Below, in pieces: positions 29,861-44,906 of a stretch of 64,000 bases of DNA. Origin of the DNA: the human T2T-CHM13v2.0 reference genome, Homo sapiens; the NCBI RefSeq assembly GCF_009914755.1, contig NC_060926.1; one strand, 5' to 3'. The translations under genes and the position numbers were made by a program. Each line of letters starts with the position of its first letter. Position 1 is the stretch's first letter. The notes under the pieces are model-generated. The model was not told the origin of the DNA, ran no database searches, and saw nothing but the letters and a program-made list of their open reading frames with translations.

Positions 29861-31279
29861 CAGATTTTAAAAGAAGAAAAAATACATGGAATGTCCTTTT
29901 CTTTTTACTCCCATGGTCACTACCCTTGGCTAGATGTAAGACTGGTGAGAGCCTACGAGAGAAGACAAGGAATTACAAGTCATGAATTAGAGTGGAAAAG
30001 ATTTGAAAAAGATGAATTTCAGGAACACTGCATTTGCTTAACAGACATATTAAACTATATCCTTGCCTCGGGTTACACTTATAAGCTAATTTTTATAATT
30101 AGAATGTTGAATGCATCAATAGAATACCATGCAATGATAGAAACTGAAGTAATACTAAAATAGCAGTGAAGTACCAAAAATGTCTCCTAGTTAATTGAGT
30201 AGAAGCCATCTACATTAAAGGATGAGTAGGGTGATTGAGAGTCATTAGCAATAAAAATTGATAGCCTGTATAAATGAGCTTATCTCAAAGGAAATTCTGG
30301 GGAAAATGGTGAGAGAGTTTGTTGTGTCTCACAGAAGAGCAAGTTCATGAGTACATATTCATGTGCACACATATGTGTATAAAGTATGAGGAGAAAGGAA
30401 ATTCAAGACCCTCCGCCATGAGGGAGGACCTAACCACCCTCCCCAGCCATTTCCTTGTTACTGCTGGCTATGGGGTCCTTTGCTCTACTTGCCAGGGTCT
30501 GCTTGCTCTCTTCTGCACGCCCTTCTCCCCACCTTTGTTTACACCATAATCCTGACGAAGTGTCATGTCCTGTGACTCTATGTCTGCATCTTAGTGTCCT
30601 TCCAGATGTAGTTCAAGTTCCATGTCCCCTTGCAAGCCAAGCCCTTCCTGAGAAGCCCAACCCACAGTGTCTTCTCCTTCTTCTGTCCTTTTACGGTCAC
30701 TGCCATTCACTCTTATATGGACAGAGTAAAATGAAAGCCCCTCCCACAATTTCAATGGCCCATCTATTGTCTCTCATTACCGAGTACCTTCTTGAGTCTT
30801 TGCTGGTGTTGGATCCCCTCAGCTAGATGAAAAGTTCTTTAGGGCAGGGATTGTGTCTTCACACATCTTTAAATCCTTCCTAGCATAGGCTCAGCCCAAC
30901 GTACGATCTACTATAAGAACAGGCAGTATCATACAATGTGCACAGAAAAATACTATTAATACATTAAGTATGAGAGTATTCCGATTCTAACATACAAGAT
31001 TAGAAAGGGAGAATTTACCGTAATTGTCTTTTCACTAAATACCTCTTAGGAAGATAATAAGACTGTAAAGTACACAAGAAAATGGAAGAGAGAGCTTAAA
31101 TATGCAAGGCAGATGTGGATGCTGGAGCATAAGATTCTCATGAGCCAGATTAAGAGAGACAAAGGAAAAACCAACAATGATTCAGTAGAAGTCAGATATA
31201 AAAACATACAAGCTTATCTGAGTCACAGCCCCAAAAAGAAAAAAAAAAAAAAGGAAATAAATAAAATTTAAAAACATAC

Positions 31280-31889
31280 CAGTATTTCCTTGAGCATCTT
31301 CTATCTTATTTGGTGAGGGCAACAGAAAAGATGGCCTGGTGACATGCGGGCCTTGAAGCAATGGCTGCTGCTGTTGCTGCTGCTGCAAAGGCGTGGTTTT
31401 GAGGACTACCCTCCAGTCCACTTGGGTAATATCTGATCGTGATCGAGCATGCCCTGGCTTGAAAGTTGAGGTCTCATCCAGTAAGTCATTTACAGAACGA
31501 GGCCGGTCCCTCCGACGCTGACAGATATTGAAGAAATTAAAGGTTGATGCTTCCTTTTGTTCCATCCAGGAAAGATTATCTGGGGTTGTCCCTCTCTGGA
31601 CCATAAACTGTTCTTTGGCAGGGAAGACATTTTGAGCTTTGGTTTCTAAGAGCCTGCTCTTACAGTGGTCCCAAATCATGCCCCCCTTGCCCAGGGAGGT
31701 GACATTTCTCATAGCACCATTGTCTGTTATGTTACTGAGTACCTCATGCCCCACCAGTTCAGGGACTTCCTGGATCCCATAAACCTCTGCCTGCTGCACA
31801 GCCTTTTCTAGATTACTATCCAAAGTACTAAAGAATTCCTCCGTAACTTCTAAGGCTGGGCTGATATCATCCACTTCCAAAGCTTCCAT
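31280..31889 (-). CDS. PLEKHM3: PLEKHM3 exon 2 coding part (aa 1-203 plus 1 nt), N-terminal low-complexity region with Q7 tract
   Basis: [18 protein letters not shown]...AQGNT; strong Kozak gacATGG at 31889; donor ACTG|GTATGT with GT at 31279-31278; 610 nt coding. Confidence 0.96.
31365..31385 (-). repeat. Coding (CAG)3CAA(CAG)3 = Q7
   Basis: Read directly within exon 2. Confidence 0.9.
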
Positions 31890-32207
31890 GTCACAGGCTC
31901 CAGGAGGCCTTAGCCTCCTAAGCTGGTTCCAGAAATGGCTTCATGAACATTCACCCAACCAAGAGGGGTGCTTCAGCAATAGAGCTATGGAAACAACTGG
32001 AAGAAACCTTCATTGGGCTCCCTGGAGCAGGCCAAACCCAAAGTGGTTGATGTTTTCCTGGTAATTAAAAGCATTTGCTAGTGGCTAATGGGCATTAACA
32101 GATGTATAGGGAGACCAAATGTTCCTTTGAGATTATTCTTCAGTGAGACCTCTGTGAAGACAACAGCAAGTACTTGTCAAAGCAATGCCACGCCAATCCT
32201 TGATTTC
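31890..32207 (-). other. PLEKHM3: PLEKHM3 exon 2 5'UTR portion (318 nt)
   Basis: Acceptor tattttcttccag|GAAATC at 32208/32207 after a pyrimidine tract. Confidence 0.8.
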
Positions 32208-33258
32208 CTGGAAGAAAATAAACAGGATAACATTGGCACATGGTTCATTGTATTCTACAGTACACAAGTCTGCCGAATTGCTTTCCCACCTCTATGCCCG
32301 TTCTATGGTACTCAAGCACAAAGGCAGACAACACCTACACAGAAGTGCCATTGTCAGGAATACATATCACTACCCGCTTTGGATAAAAACTTACACGGAG
32401 CAGGGAGGAACACTTGATAAGAGGAATTAAAGTCAATAGCTTTTACTCACACAGAGAAAATGCTTTGAGAGCATTTGTGAAAAGACTGCCCTGGCAAATC
32501 TCTGATATGCTGACCTAAAATAGTAAGCAAAAGAGACTAGGAATTCTGTGACTGGGCCTGTATCATAATCAGTCTAAAAGTCATAAATGCTTGAGTCCTT
32601 TCACAAACTTTGAAGGCACTGATGATTTGTTGGGTTTAAAGGTACCACAGGGAAGCAGAGAAGGAGGTTCTGCCCTTTTTTTAAATCCAAATGTGACTGT
32701 GCTTGTGCTTCTTAGACTTAGATTATATAATGCTTGATGATGACTCTGGACTTCAGAATTGCTCTGGCATTCTTACGGTTTCAGGCTCCAAACTCCCCAA
32801 GACTTCCAGGATTGGCCTCAGAGTATGGGTCCAGTCTGCAGGGTGTCTAAGAGCTTAAGGTGAAGTCATGGCCTGAATGGCAGGCTTGAGTTCATCCTTT
32901 TCTGTCTACAGAACTCAAGTTCCAAACCTTACATCTCTACCTGGGCAGAAAGAATCCTACATAAGCAGTAACCCATGCTTTCAAACACTAGATTACCAAG
33001 ACCAGGCCAAATTAGAGCAGACCTTGACAATGATGCTGTCCAGTACAGTAGATAGTAGCCATTATGACCATTCAAACTTAAATTTAGTAAAGTCAAAGTT
33101 CCTCAGTCACACTAGTCACATTTCAAGTGCCCAACTGTCACATATACCTTTTACCAGGAAAAAAAAAAAAACAAATAAAACAACTAGGCAAGGGCTTTTT
33201 TAATCCTTAACTACTTATAAGTAGGCAAAACTAGGCAACTAGCAACACCATTATATAT

Positions 33259-33589
33259 TGACATGGTTTGGTTGTGTCCCAACCCAAACCTCATCTTGAA
33301 TTCCCATGTGTTGTGGGAGGGACCCAGTGGGAGGTAATCGAATCGTGGGGGCAGGTCTTTCCTGTGCTGTTATTGTGATAGTGAATAAGCCTCATGAGAT
33401 CTGATAGTTTAAAAAGAGGAGTTTCCCTGCACAAGTTCTTCTCTTGTCTGCTGCCATGTGACACGTGCCTTTCACCTTCCACCATGATTCCAGCCATGTG
33501 GAATTGTAAGTCCAATAAAACACTTTCTTTTGTAAATTGCCCAGTCTTGGGGTATATCTTTATCAGCAGTGTGAAAACGGACTAATACA
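33259..33589 (+). mobile_element. THE1 (MaLR) solo LTR
   Basis: TG...CA ends, tgacatggtttggttgtgtccc...aataaaac...ggactaataca; 5-bp TSD tatat on both sides. Confidence 0.9.
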
Positions 33590-34386
33590 TATATGTTATC
33601 GCAAAGGTAGATAGATGTGCTTTCTTTGTAAAAACTTCACAATTTTTATGGTTAAATTCATTTTTACCTCTTAGGTCATTAAACCACTACATTTATATCA
33701 ACAGCACCAATCTACTTTGCTTAACCTATGTAAATTAAACTCATATATACAGACCTTTATTTTAGATCAAGGAGGTTTGCAGTTCATAGCACCTCTATAG
33801 AACCTCTTGCAAAGTGATAATGATTATGAATTTGTCTACTTTTATATATTTTGATATTTATTATGTTAGTACTTCATGAAGCAAGGCACAGATTTATTTT
33901 TAGAGATATACATTAGTTATAAAACATTTCTAGCTGTAAACAGGGTTTTTTTCTGAGTCTAAAGTTAAACCTTCAGTCTCTCCAACTATGTAACAGGGTT
34001 TTAGTGCTTCTGTAATTTTGAAACTTGGGATATTTTTCAATTTCATCTTGTATACCAGAGACGGAAATATACATAAATATAATAAATCTTAAAACGTTTT
34101 GTTCTTTCCTTACTAAAAACTGAAATGAACATAAACAAAGTACAAGTTTCCCATTTTATAAAGAAGGCACCAAGGTTCAGAGCATTAAGTTGTTAATTGA
34201 AGATTACTGATATTCCTTTTCTCATCCAGTGTTTCAAATTTAGTCTTTACTCATGATAAGGTGCAAATAACCTTCAAAAAATTATTTGTTTCTTTCTCTT
34301 TTTTTTTTGATTTATCAAACTATCTAGATATATTATTTTTTATGCTTCTGGCTTGGTATTTGCAGGATGGTTAGAAGTATATAACA

Positions 34387-34738
<352 letters not shown>

Positions 34739-35069
34739 CTAAAGCCATAGACTGTTAGACAAGGAAATTGGCCTTTGGGATTATGTTTTCAACCTTAGTA
34801 TTTCATAGAAGAAGCCACTGAGGCCCAAAGAAGGTAAGAGGCCCCACGAGCACTTTCATGCTCTTAAACTTGCAGACAAGTTTTCACCTCAGGGCCTTTG
34901 CATTTGCTCTTCCCCCAGATACCCCAACATGGACAACTCTCTCCTTAGGTAATTGTTCATATGACCCTCCCTGACCACCCTCTTTAAAATTATAATGCAG
35001 TTCTCTGCCCTAGACTCTTGATCTCCCTTACTCTGCTTCTGTTTAAATAAACTTTTCATTTTAAAACAG

Positions 35070-35373
35070 TTTTTTGTTTGTTTGTTTTTTTCAAGACGGA
35101 GTTTTGCTCTTTCGCCCAGGCTAGAGTGAAGTGGCACGATTTCAGCTCACTGCAACCTCTACCCCACGGCGTTCAAGCGATTCTCCTGCCTCAACCTCCT
35201 GAGTAGTGGGGATTAAAGGCGCCCGCCACCACGCCTGGCTAATTTTTGTATTTTTAGTAGAGACGGTGTTTCACCATGTTGCCAGGCTGGTCTTGAACTC
35301 TTGAACTCTGGTGATCCGCCCACCTTGGCCTCCCAAAGTGCTAGGATTACAGGCGTGAGGCACCACTCCTGGC
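35070..35373 (-). mobile_element. AluS
   Basis: TSD aacagtttt. Confidence 0.93.
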
Positions 35374-35374
35374 C

Positions 35375-35890
35375 AACAGTTTTATATCTATAAAATTATT
35401 ACAAAGATAATACACTCAGTTCCTATATACCCCATGCTCAGTTTCCTCTATGTAACATCTCACATTAGTATGATGCATTTGTCACAATTAATGAACCAAT
35501 ATTGTTACATTATTATTAACTTAAGTCTATACTTTTTTCAGAATTCTTCATATTTCCCTAATGTCCTCTATCTATTCCAGGATCCTATACAGGATACCAC
35601 ATGACATTTAGTTGTCATGTTTCTTGGGCCTTGTGTTGGCTATGACAATGTCTCAGACTTTACCTGTTTTTGATGTCTTTGACAGTTTTGAGGAGTAATA
35701 GTCAGGTATTTCATAGAATGTCCCTCATTTTGGACATGTCTGATGTTTTTCTCATTATTAAACCAGGGCTATATGTTTTTGAGTGGAAGCCCACGGAGGC
35801 AAAGTACCATTCTCATCATATAATATTAAGGTTATATACTATGAACATGACTTACTACTGTTCATGTTAACCTTGATCACCTGGCTTGAG
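35375..35890 (-). mobile_element. L1MC-like fragment
   Basis: ttgtcacaattaatgaaccaatatt...ttccaggatcctatacaggataccacatgacatttagttgtcatgt. Confidence 0.65.
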
Positions 35891-37885
35891 GTACCCTTTT
35901 TCCTTAAGCATTTGCCATCTTCTAACATACCATTTAATTGACTTATTTAACATTTAGTGTTTCTCTCTCTCCACTAAAATATAAGCTCTACAAGTCCAGG
36001 AATTTGTGTTCATTGTGTTCACTAATGGACCCCAAATACATGGAATAGTGTTTGGCACACACACACACGCATGTGCATGCGTTGAACAAATGCATTGTTG
36101 TCGCATTGCATAAGAGATAGCGCCTCATGACCTATCTACTTCTCCAGTTTAAAGTTCTTGACGAACACCCACCCACCTTGTTGTTTTACTCCTCCATGCT
36201 TTTGTCCAAATTGGGACAAAAGCATAAGAGCCCTTCCTAGTCGGTCAGGCTCTCATAGCACCTGGGTTTGCCAAATTGTACCAAAATGATCAGCCAGTCT
36301 CTCTAGATCCTACTCTAAACTCTGAGCTACTTGACTGCAGACACCGTGACCTTCTTACTTATCTTCCTAAATACTCTGTCTTCATTCTTTTAGGCTCTGT
36401 TTTCCAACCTTACTCTTTGGAATTTCATCTTTTTCCTGAGCTCTATAGCCCTCAAATTCACTACAGTACAACAGTCTGATGTCAAGTTTAATTTCTATAA
36501 TTGAGTACTTCTTACTAGCTTGCCTCATTTAGTTTTGAAATTAATCAAAATATAATAAATATATTCAGATAGGTCAAAATATAAAGGGGACCTTCCTCTG
36601 ACAAAGTGAAGGGAATAAGATCAGCATGTGGGTGCAGTGTGGCTTGCCTCAGTACAAAACTGGAAATCAGGAGCTAATTAGAACTGTGTTCTAAATCTGG
36701 CTCAACCACTCACTTGCTGGGTGGCCTCTGGCAAACCATTTAACCTCTGCATGCCTTACTCAGCTACCTGTATCCCATAGAGTTGCTAACATCGAATTGC
36801 TTTGCGTGTGGATCATTCACTAGGTAGCTGCTCCAACATGCCTTTACAAATGTAAACTGCTACATAATTATGGAGCACTCCATTGGACCTCACCCATTCA
36901 ACAACCAAGTGTTCCTCATCTCTTCCTGGAAAGATCTGTCAGTCCAACAAAGGCAAAGTCAGCAACGAACTATTTATAATACACTGCTTTTCAGCCAAAC
37001 TCAGTGACCTATAGACATTTTATCTTATATTTGTATAGAATGCCCTTTCTGTAAGAAGGGGTATTTCCCCTATTTAATAGATTGAGAAATTGAGGAAATA
37101 AAAGAGCTCAACCCAAAGAATCCTATGCATGCATCAAAACGAATCAGTGTATCGCTATTTCCTAACTAAGAAATCTGTTTTTTACATGCTCGTTAGGCAA
37201 GGCTAATTAACAGGATGAATACAGTAGTTCTCCCACACAGAGACAGAAGCACTTATGAGTAATAATTCTACCCTGACTCACACAGAGATGCTGTGTCCTC
37301 CTGAGCTGGACGGTAAAAGCGCTGACTTCCTCCCTCTTAGCTAAGTGACTTAGAATATTATGAGTGCTGAAGGTGTCTGGGGCCATATCATTTTAGAAGC
37401 AGCTGGACTGGGAAGAAAACTGCAATGGCAAAGACACCTAGGACAACTTATGTCTATCAATTTTCAAAAATAAGAGCCAAGGGTGATTACAAGGATGGTC
37501 CACATTGAGGGCGTTCACATCACCTTGGTTGAAGGTTGTGGCCGACTGAGAATTTTCTAAGAGTTACATAATGTGAAGGACACACCACAAGAGGATCTGC
37601 CCCTAGTAAAATGGCCTTTCTGGACCACGAGGCTACATGGTGACGTAAGGATGTGGATGGAGCACAGGCATGCCGCAAGCAGCTAGTAAGGAAATGGTGC
37701 CAGGGTGGACCTCATAAAAAGAGCTCAGAGGCCTATCAGATGAAACAGACAGCTAGAAACACAGATGGAATCCCATTTTCATAGGTTTGAAGCAAACATT
37801 AAATTGCTACATTTTATCTAAGTTTAAATGAAAGAGAAGACTATTGCCACATACATAAAGAGCATACCATTAAAAAAATAATTTG

Positions 37886-38510
<625 letters not shown>

Positions 38511-41202
38511 AATTTATATAATTTTTTTCCAGTTCTAAAAGTAATAAATACTTGTAGAAACTCTGGTAAATAGTGACAGATATGGAAAAGAAAATAAAAA
38601 TCAGTCATGATCTCATAACTCAGTGAAAATAAATAGGTGTACTTTTATCCAATATTTAATTGGAATCAAAACTATATACACAGTTTGGGCACACTGTTTG
38701 TTTAAATGTATGCTCCAAAAAAATCAAATACCAGTAAATACTAACCTTGCCAAAAAAAAAAAAAAAAAAAAAAAACAGACAAAAAAAAATGTCCCAGGGA
38801 GTGCTGTGCCTACTTATACCTTACAACCTGACACAAGACCCCACTCAATTGAACTTCTCTTCTATAGCCACCAAGGGACCTCCTTGTTACACAGCCATTA
38901 GTGTTTCCCAAAGTCCTTAAATTCCTTGTGCTGTTAACCAGCCCCTCCTTAAAAGTTTCCTCCCAGGGTTTTGTGGGTACCACATTCACTGAAGTTTTCT
39001 TCTCATTTCTACCCACTTAGTCTCCATCTTCTTCCTTCCCTTCCTGGTCAAATAGGGGTGTTGTCTGAGCTCTCTTCTCTGGCTAGAGCTACATGATGTT
39101 CTCCTTAAATCAAGTTATCCACACGTGCAACTCCAATAACTTCTTCTATATTCACGCTGTTCAAATTTCTACCTTCAGTCTCAATCTCAGAATTGACTTC
39201 TGGTCCTATGTTCCCAGCTATTTGTAAGACATTTCTACCTGGCTTACTAAGCTCCATTTGTCTAAAATTACACTCAGTTATTTATTCAGTAAGTATCTGC
39301 TGAGTGCCTACTATGGGGGGGACACTGTTCTGGGCACCAGGGAAACCCTTCGACGAAGCTCCCATTGACAACAAGGTTCAACTCTTTAACCTGACATTCT
39401 AGGCCTTTCACAATCTTGGGCTAGTTTGCCATTCCAACTTTCTACTTCAATTCACACACTCTTTACCTCCAAACTGAATGCTATTGCTTTTCCAGTTATT
39501 TCAGGAAAGGCTTGCAGTTATCTCTGAAATACCCTCTTCCCACCTCAACCTACTGAAATTCTATTCTTCAAGGCCCAGCTCAAATGCCACCTCTTCCGCA
39601 AGCTTTTTTGGGTCCCTGATCCTAAAATGGTCTGTTCTTTCTTTAAACTGCCACTGAATATCTTTGGTACCTCCCCCACAACATATACTATATGCTGCAT
39701 GTTCCTTCTCAAATGACGATGACAATAATTACAGGTTATCAAAAGCCTATTTTGTGCCAGGTATGTCGCTTGGTATTTCATATCTCTAAGCCCCAAAATG
39801 TACAATGTGAGTACTATTACCCTCATTTTACGAATGAGGAAGCTCAATGATATCAAGTAACTTACCTGATATCAAGTAACACGCCTACCTACTGGACTTA
39901 GAGGAACTTGAAAGCAGCAATTCTGCCCTCTTCCATTTGTGTAACTCTCACTGGGCCTAGAACTGTGGTTAGTACACAGTGGGTACTCAGTAAGCATTTG
40001 CCAAATGAATAACTGAATAAACAGTATATTTTCAAGCCACTGACATCTGTAAGTATATATACCACTCTAGTTTCCTGGCAAAATTATATTTGAATTCCTT
40101 ATAGGCTCATTTCAGTAAAATTTGACATACTTTCCGAAACGTTATGTTGACTCAAGCTTTTACATTTTTTTCTTGGTAGAAAAGTCTTCCTAACTATTAA
40201 AACCTGGGTTTAAAAAATAATATGGCAAAGATCAGGTAGCAAAAACCTCACTCAGACCTTTTATAGAAACCAAAGCACCTATGCATTACTTAGGAATTGT
40301 CCTGTGAACCACTACACTATCAGCAACTTGGCTGGGTTCATTTTCCAATGACTTAGAGCTCAAGCTCTTTACAACACCAGTAATGAGATGTTCCCTTTGA
40401 AGTAGTCCCAACAATCCATTTAAAGCATTTTTCAGTACATCTCTGCACATGTTTATTGTTTGCCACCTGCAAAATCATTGAGACATTTGCTGCCTCAGAA
40501 ACCTAACTAAATATAAGCATGGCACTTTAAATCTCAGATTGCTTTGCGACTGAAGGCAGCAGTGTTACTGCACCTTTATGTGAAATTGGAAAACCAAAAT
40601 GGCCCATTTTCATAAAACCACCAGAGATCCAATATGTCTTGCTCTTAGAAACAAAGCAGGAAGACACAAACTTCAGTTACGAAATGTCTAAAAATGCAGA
40701 CTTGATGTTTTCCATCTCCCTTTGCCTCCATGGCAGAGAACACTGACTAGAAAACAAACAAAAGAACCACTTGAATTAGCTTTATCTTGGGACTGAGAGG
40801 AAGAAGGCAAAAACTTCCATGATAAAAACTTTATCAGCCTCCAACTGCAACAGGAGTCACAGGTGAGGTGCAAGTAGGTTCCATCAGGGCCAAGCCAGCT
40901 AGTGTGGCTGACTGCAACAGTGAATGTAACAAGGAAGTACAGTGAGACCAAATATGCAAGATACCCAGAAAGGGCTGGGGAAGTAGACTTAAAGATGTCA
41001 TCAGTTTATATAACTATTTAGAATCTTCTACTTGAGCCTGAGTAATAGAGGCTGTGTTTCTAAATTCAATACAGGACTGTGTTTATCTAATTATCTCACA
41101 AAACTAAAACTGAGTTAATCTCAGGAAAAAATCACTTGGTTTTTACAGAAAATAATCATTTTTCACATGCATGGTTTAGAATAAAGTTTAAAGTGCTTGA
41201 TA

Positions 41203-42015
41203 ACAAATGGCCAATACATATATGAAAAAATGCTCAACATCACTAATGATCAGGGAAATGCAAACCAAAACCACAATGTGATACCACCTTACTCCTGCAA
41301 GAATGGCCATAATCAAAAAAAAAAAAAAAAAAACAAAATAGATGTTGGCGTGGATGTGGTGAAAAGGGAACACTTCTACACTGCTGGTGGGAATGTAAGA
41401 TAGTACAGCCACCATGGAAAATAGTGTGGCGATTCCTTTAAGAACTAAAAGTAGAACTACCATTTGACCCAGCAATCCCACTACTAGGTATCTACCCAAA
41501 GGAAAAGAAGTCATTATACGAAAAAGACACTTGCACATGCATGTTTATCGTAGCACAATTTGCAGCTGCGAAAATGTGGAACCAACCCAAATGCTCATCA
41601 ATCAACGAATAGAAAGAAACTGTGAGATATATATATCTATACATCATATAGATATATATGATGCACTACTACTCAGCCATAAAAAGGAATCAATTAATGG
41701 CATTTACAGCAACCTGGATGGGATTGGAGACTACTATTCTAAGTGAAGTAACTCAGGAATGAAAAACCAAACATCGTATGTTCTCACTCACAAATGGGAG
41801 CTAAGCTATGAGGATTCAAAGGCATAAGAATGAGAAAATAGACTTTGGGGACTTAGGGGGACAGGGTGGGGAGGGGGTGAGGAATAAAAGACTACAAATC
41901 GGGTTCAGTGTATACTGCCTGGGGGATGGTTGCACCAAAATCTCACAAGTCACCACTAAAGAACTTAGTAACTAAATACCTCCTGTTCCCCACAAACCTA
42001 TGGAATAAAAAAAAT
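41203..42015 (+). mobile_element. 5'-truncated L1 (L1PB-like) ORF2 end plus 3'UTR
   Basis: aaaaaatgctcaacatcactaat...gacccagcaatcccactactagg...ctcactcacaaatgggagct; G-rich 3'UTR; A tail. Confidence 0.9.
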
Positions 42016-42031
42016 TTTTAAGTGCTCTGAT

Positions 42032-42542
<511 letters not shown>

Positions 42543-43485
42543 TGATAAACTTCTTAATAAATACTTGTAGTAACCTCAAAAAAGAGAGGTGAGTAAAGTA
42601 ATGGGACTATTTTAAAGATGATGAAAGAGAACCCATGATTCATTTATTGTCAATTGTAGTTCCCAAAGAAAAGAAAACGAAGTTCCTCAAATCCTTGTCT
42701 AATTACTGAGTACTTTGGGCCACCCAAGTTCAATTACCTTTTAAATCACCTTAAATCATACAGGGGCCCTGATGTTAGTAGAAGGACCATAAACAAGGAG
42801 TGAGTAGGCTGAATCCAACCCCTCAGCCACTCAGACTAAGTATTGAGTTTGTTCAGTGTGAGAGAAGTGTGGCAATGGGAAGAACATAAATTTATGACAC
42901 CAGGAAAGGGTCATGTCCCCACACTGCCTTCTGAGCTAACTGACATCCAGCAAGTCAGGCTGACTCAGGGCCTCTGTGCCCTTCTTATCTGCAAATGGAA
43001 GTCCTGCCAATGCCTGCTCCCATCTACCTGAGAAAGCAGAGAAGCACAAATGTGGACAAAGTATGTGAAAGTTCTTTACAAACTCTAAAACAATTACTAC
43101 TTCTATTAGAAGTTAGCTGATTTCTAATCACATAACCATTTATCCTCAACAAGCATTTATAGAGGACGGACCAAGTACCCAAACACTATGTGAGATATTA
43201 GACACAAAACACAGCTCCTGCTCTTGAAGAGCTAAATAGCTAGTGGAAAGTAAGACACAAAACCAAATATAAAAAGCACTTCAACAGAAGTATACAAAGG
43301 TGTTATACAAGCATAAATAAGGAATCATTACTAATTAAGGGACAATAAAGAATTTTAAGTAACAGAACACAATTAAATGACAATGATAGGTATACAGAGA
43401 TTACTTCAGTCGAAAGAAATCAAAAACAAAGGAAACAAAAACATACAACAAAACCAATCATTCCTGCTCCAGCAATCATGCTGTG

Positions 43486-43813
<328 letters not shown>

Positions 43814-44612
43814 TCAGCCTACAATAACAGCCTCAAAGGTTCCACCAGAGAGTGAGCACTATGTGAACTAACAACCACACACGGAAGGCAAGAATGCAAA
43901 GGCCTTCTTCACAAGCTGTTCAAGTCTTTCTGACCCACAGACACATTCCTGTCCAACAGAAGGCCTTTGCTGGGTGGTGAGGATGTCATGGGAAATTAAT
44001 AATTCCCTCACTTCCTGTTGACTTTAACTCTTTTGGTCATTGCAACTCACCAGCAGAAGGGAGAATACTTAAAACTTTAACCTTCAAAACAACAACCGGC
44101 TTATGGCTTAGCACACTCTCACAAACCAGTTTCTATGGGCATTCAGAGTAAATGTATGAGAGAAGTAATTAGTTGATTTATTTTCTGTCTCTGCTGAACT
44201 TGAACCTGCTAAAAAGTGAGCCTAGGTCTTTGTTAACTGGCATCCCGAGAGTATGAGACCAGTGATAAGATCTAAGCAAAAAGGTGACTCACCTCTTGTT
44301 TGAAAGGGCAGACATACTCAGCAGTGATGGGCTGCATCTATGACCTCTCCCTCCCTTTTGGACTTAATCTGTGACAACAACCTTGGCTACCAATCAGCCT
44401 CTTAACCAATTTAGTCAGGAAACAAGCAAGGCTGGCAAAGGCAGACAAAACACTGTCTCTGACCCTCAAAGATAAGCACAAGATAAGGCAAAATAACAGA
44501 ATGAGTCTTTGTCATTTAACTATACACAAATTGAAGGACAGAAGAATCTCTGCCCATCACACAGGACAGAAGAAAAGCTTATAAGGTATGAAGGATAAGA
44601 ATAGTAGGAACT

Positions 44613-44906
44613 GGCCGTGTGCAGTGGCTCATGCCTGTAATCCCAGCACTTTGGAGGCCGAGGCGGGCAGATCACCTGAGGTCAGGAGTTTGGGACCAGC
44701 CTGGCCAACATGGTGAAACCCCGTCTCTACTAAAAATACAAAAGTTAGCTGGCCGTGGTGGCAGGCGCCTGTAATCCTAGCTACTCAGGAGGCTGAGGCA
44801 GGAGAATCACTTGAACTTGGGAGGCAGAGGTTGCAGTGGGCTAAGATTGCGCCACTGCACTCTGGCCTGGGCCACAGAGTCAGACTCCATCTCAAAAAAC
44901 AAAAAA
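44613..44906 (+). mobile_element. AluS
   Basis: TSD agaRtagtaRgaact. Confidence 0.95.

Noticed and set aside
31365-31385. PolyQ tract as an expansion-prone repeat
   Set aside because: Only seven codons and interrupted by CAA.
41188-41746. ORFs overlapping the L1
   Set aside because: Broken L1 ORF2 C-terminal and antisense frames of a truncated element.
44285-44370. Consensus donor AG|GTGAGT at 44293 suggesting a cryptic exon
   Set aside because: Only a weak upstream acceptor; isolated donor-like motifs are common.
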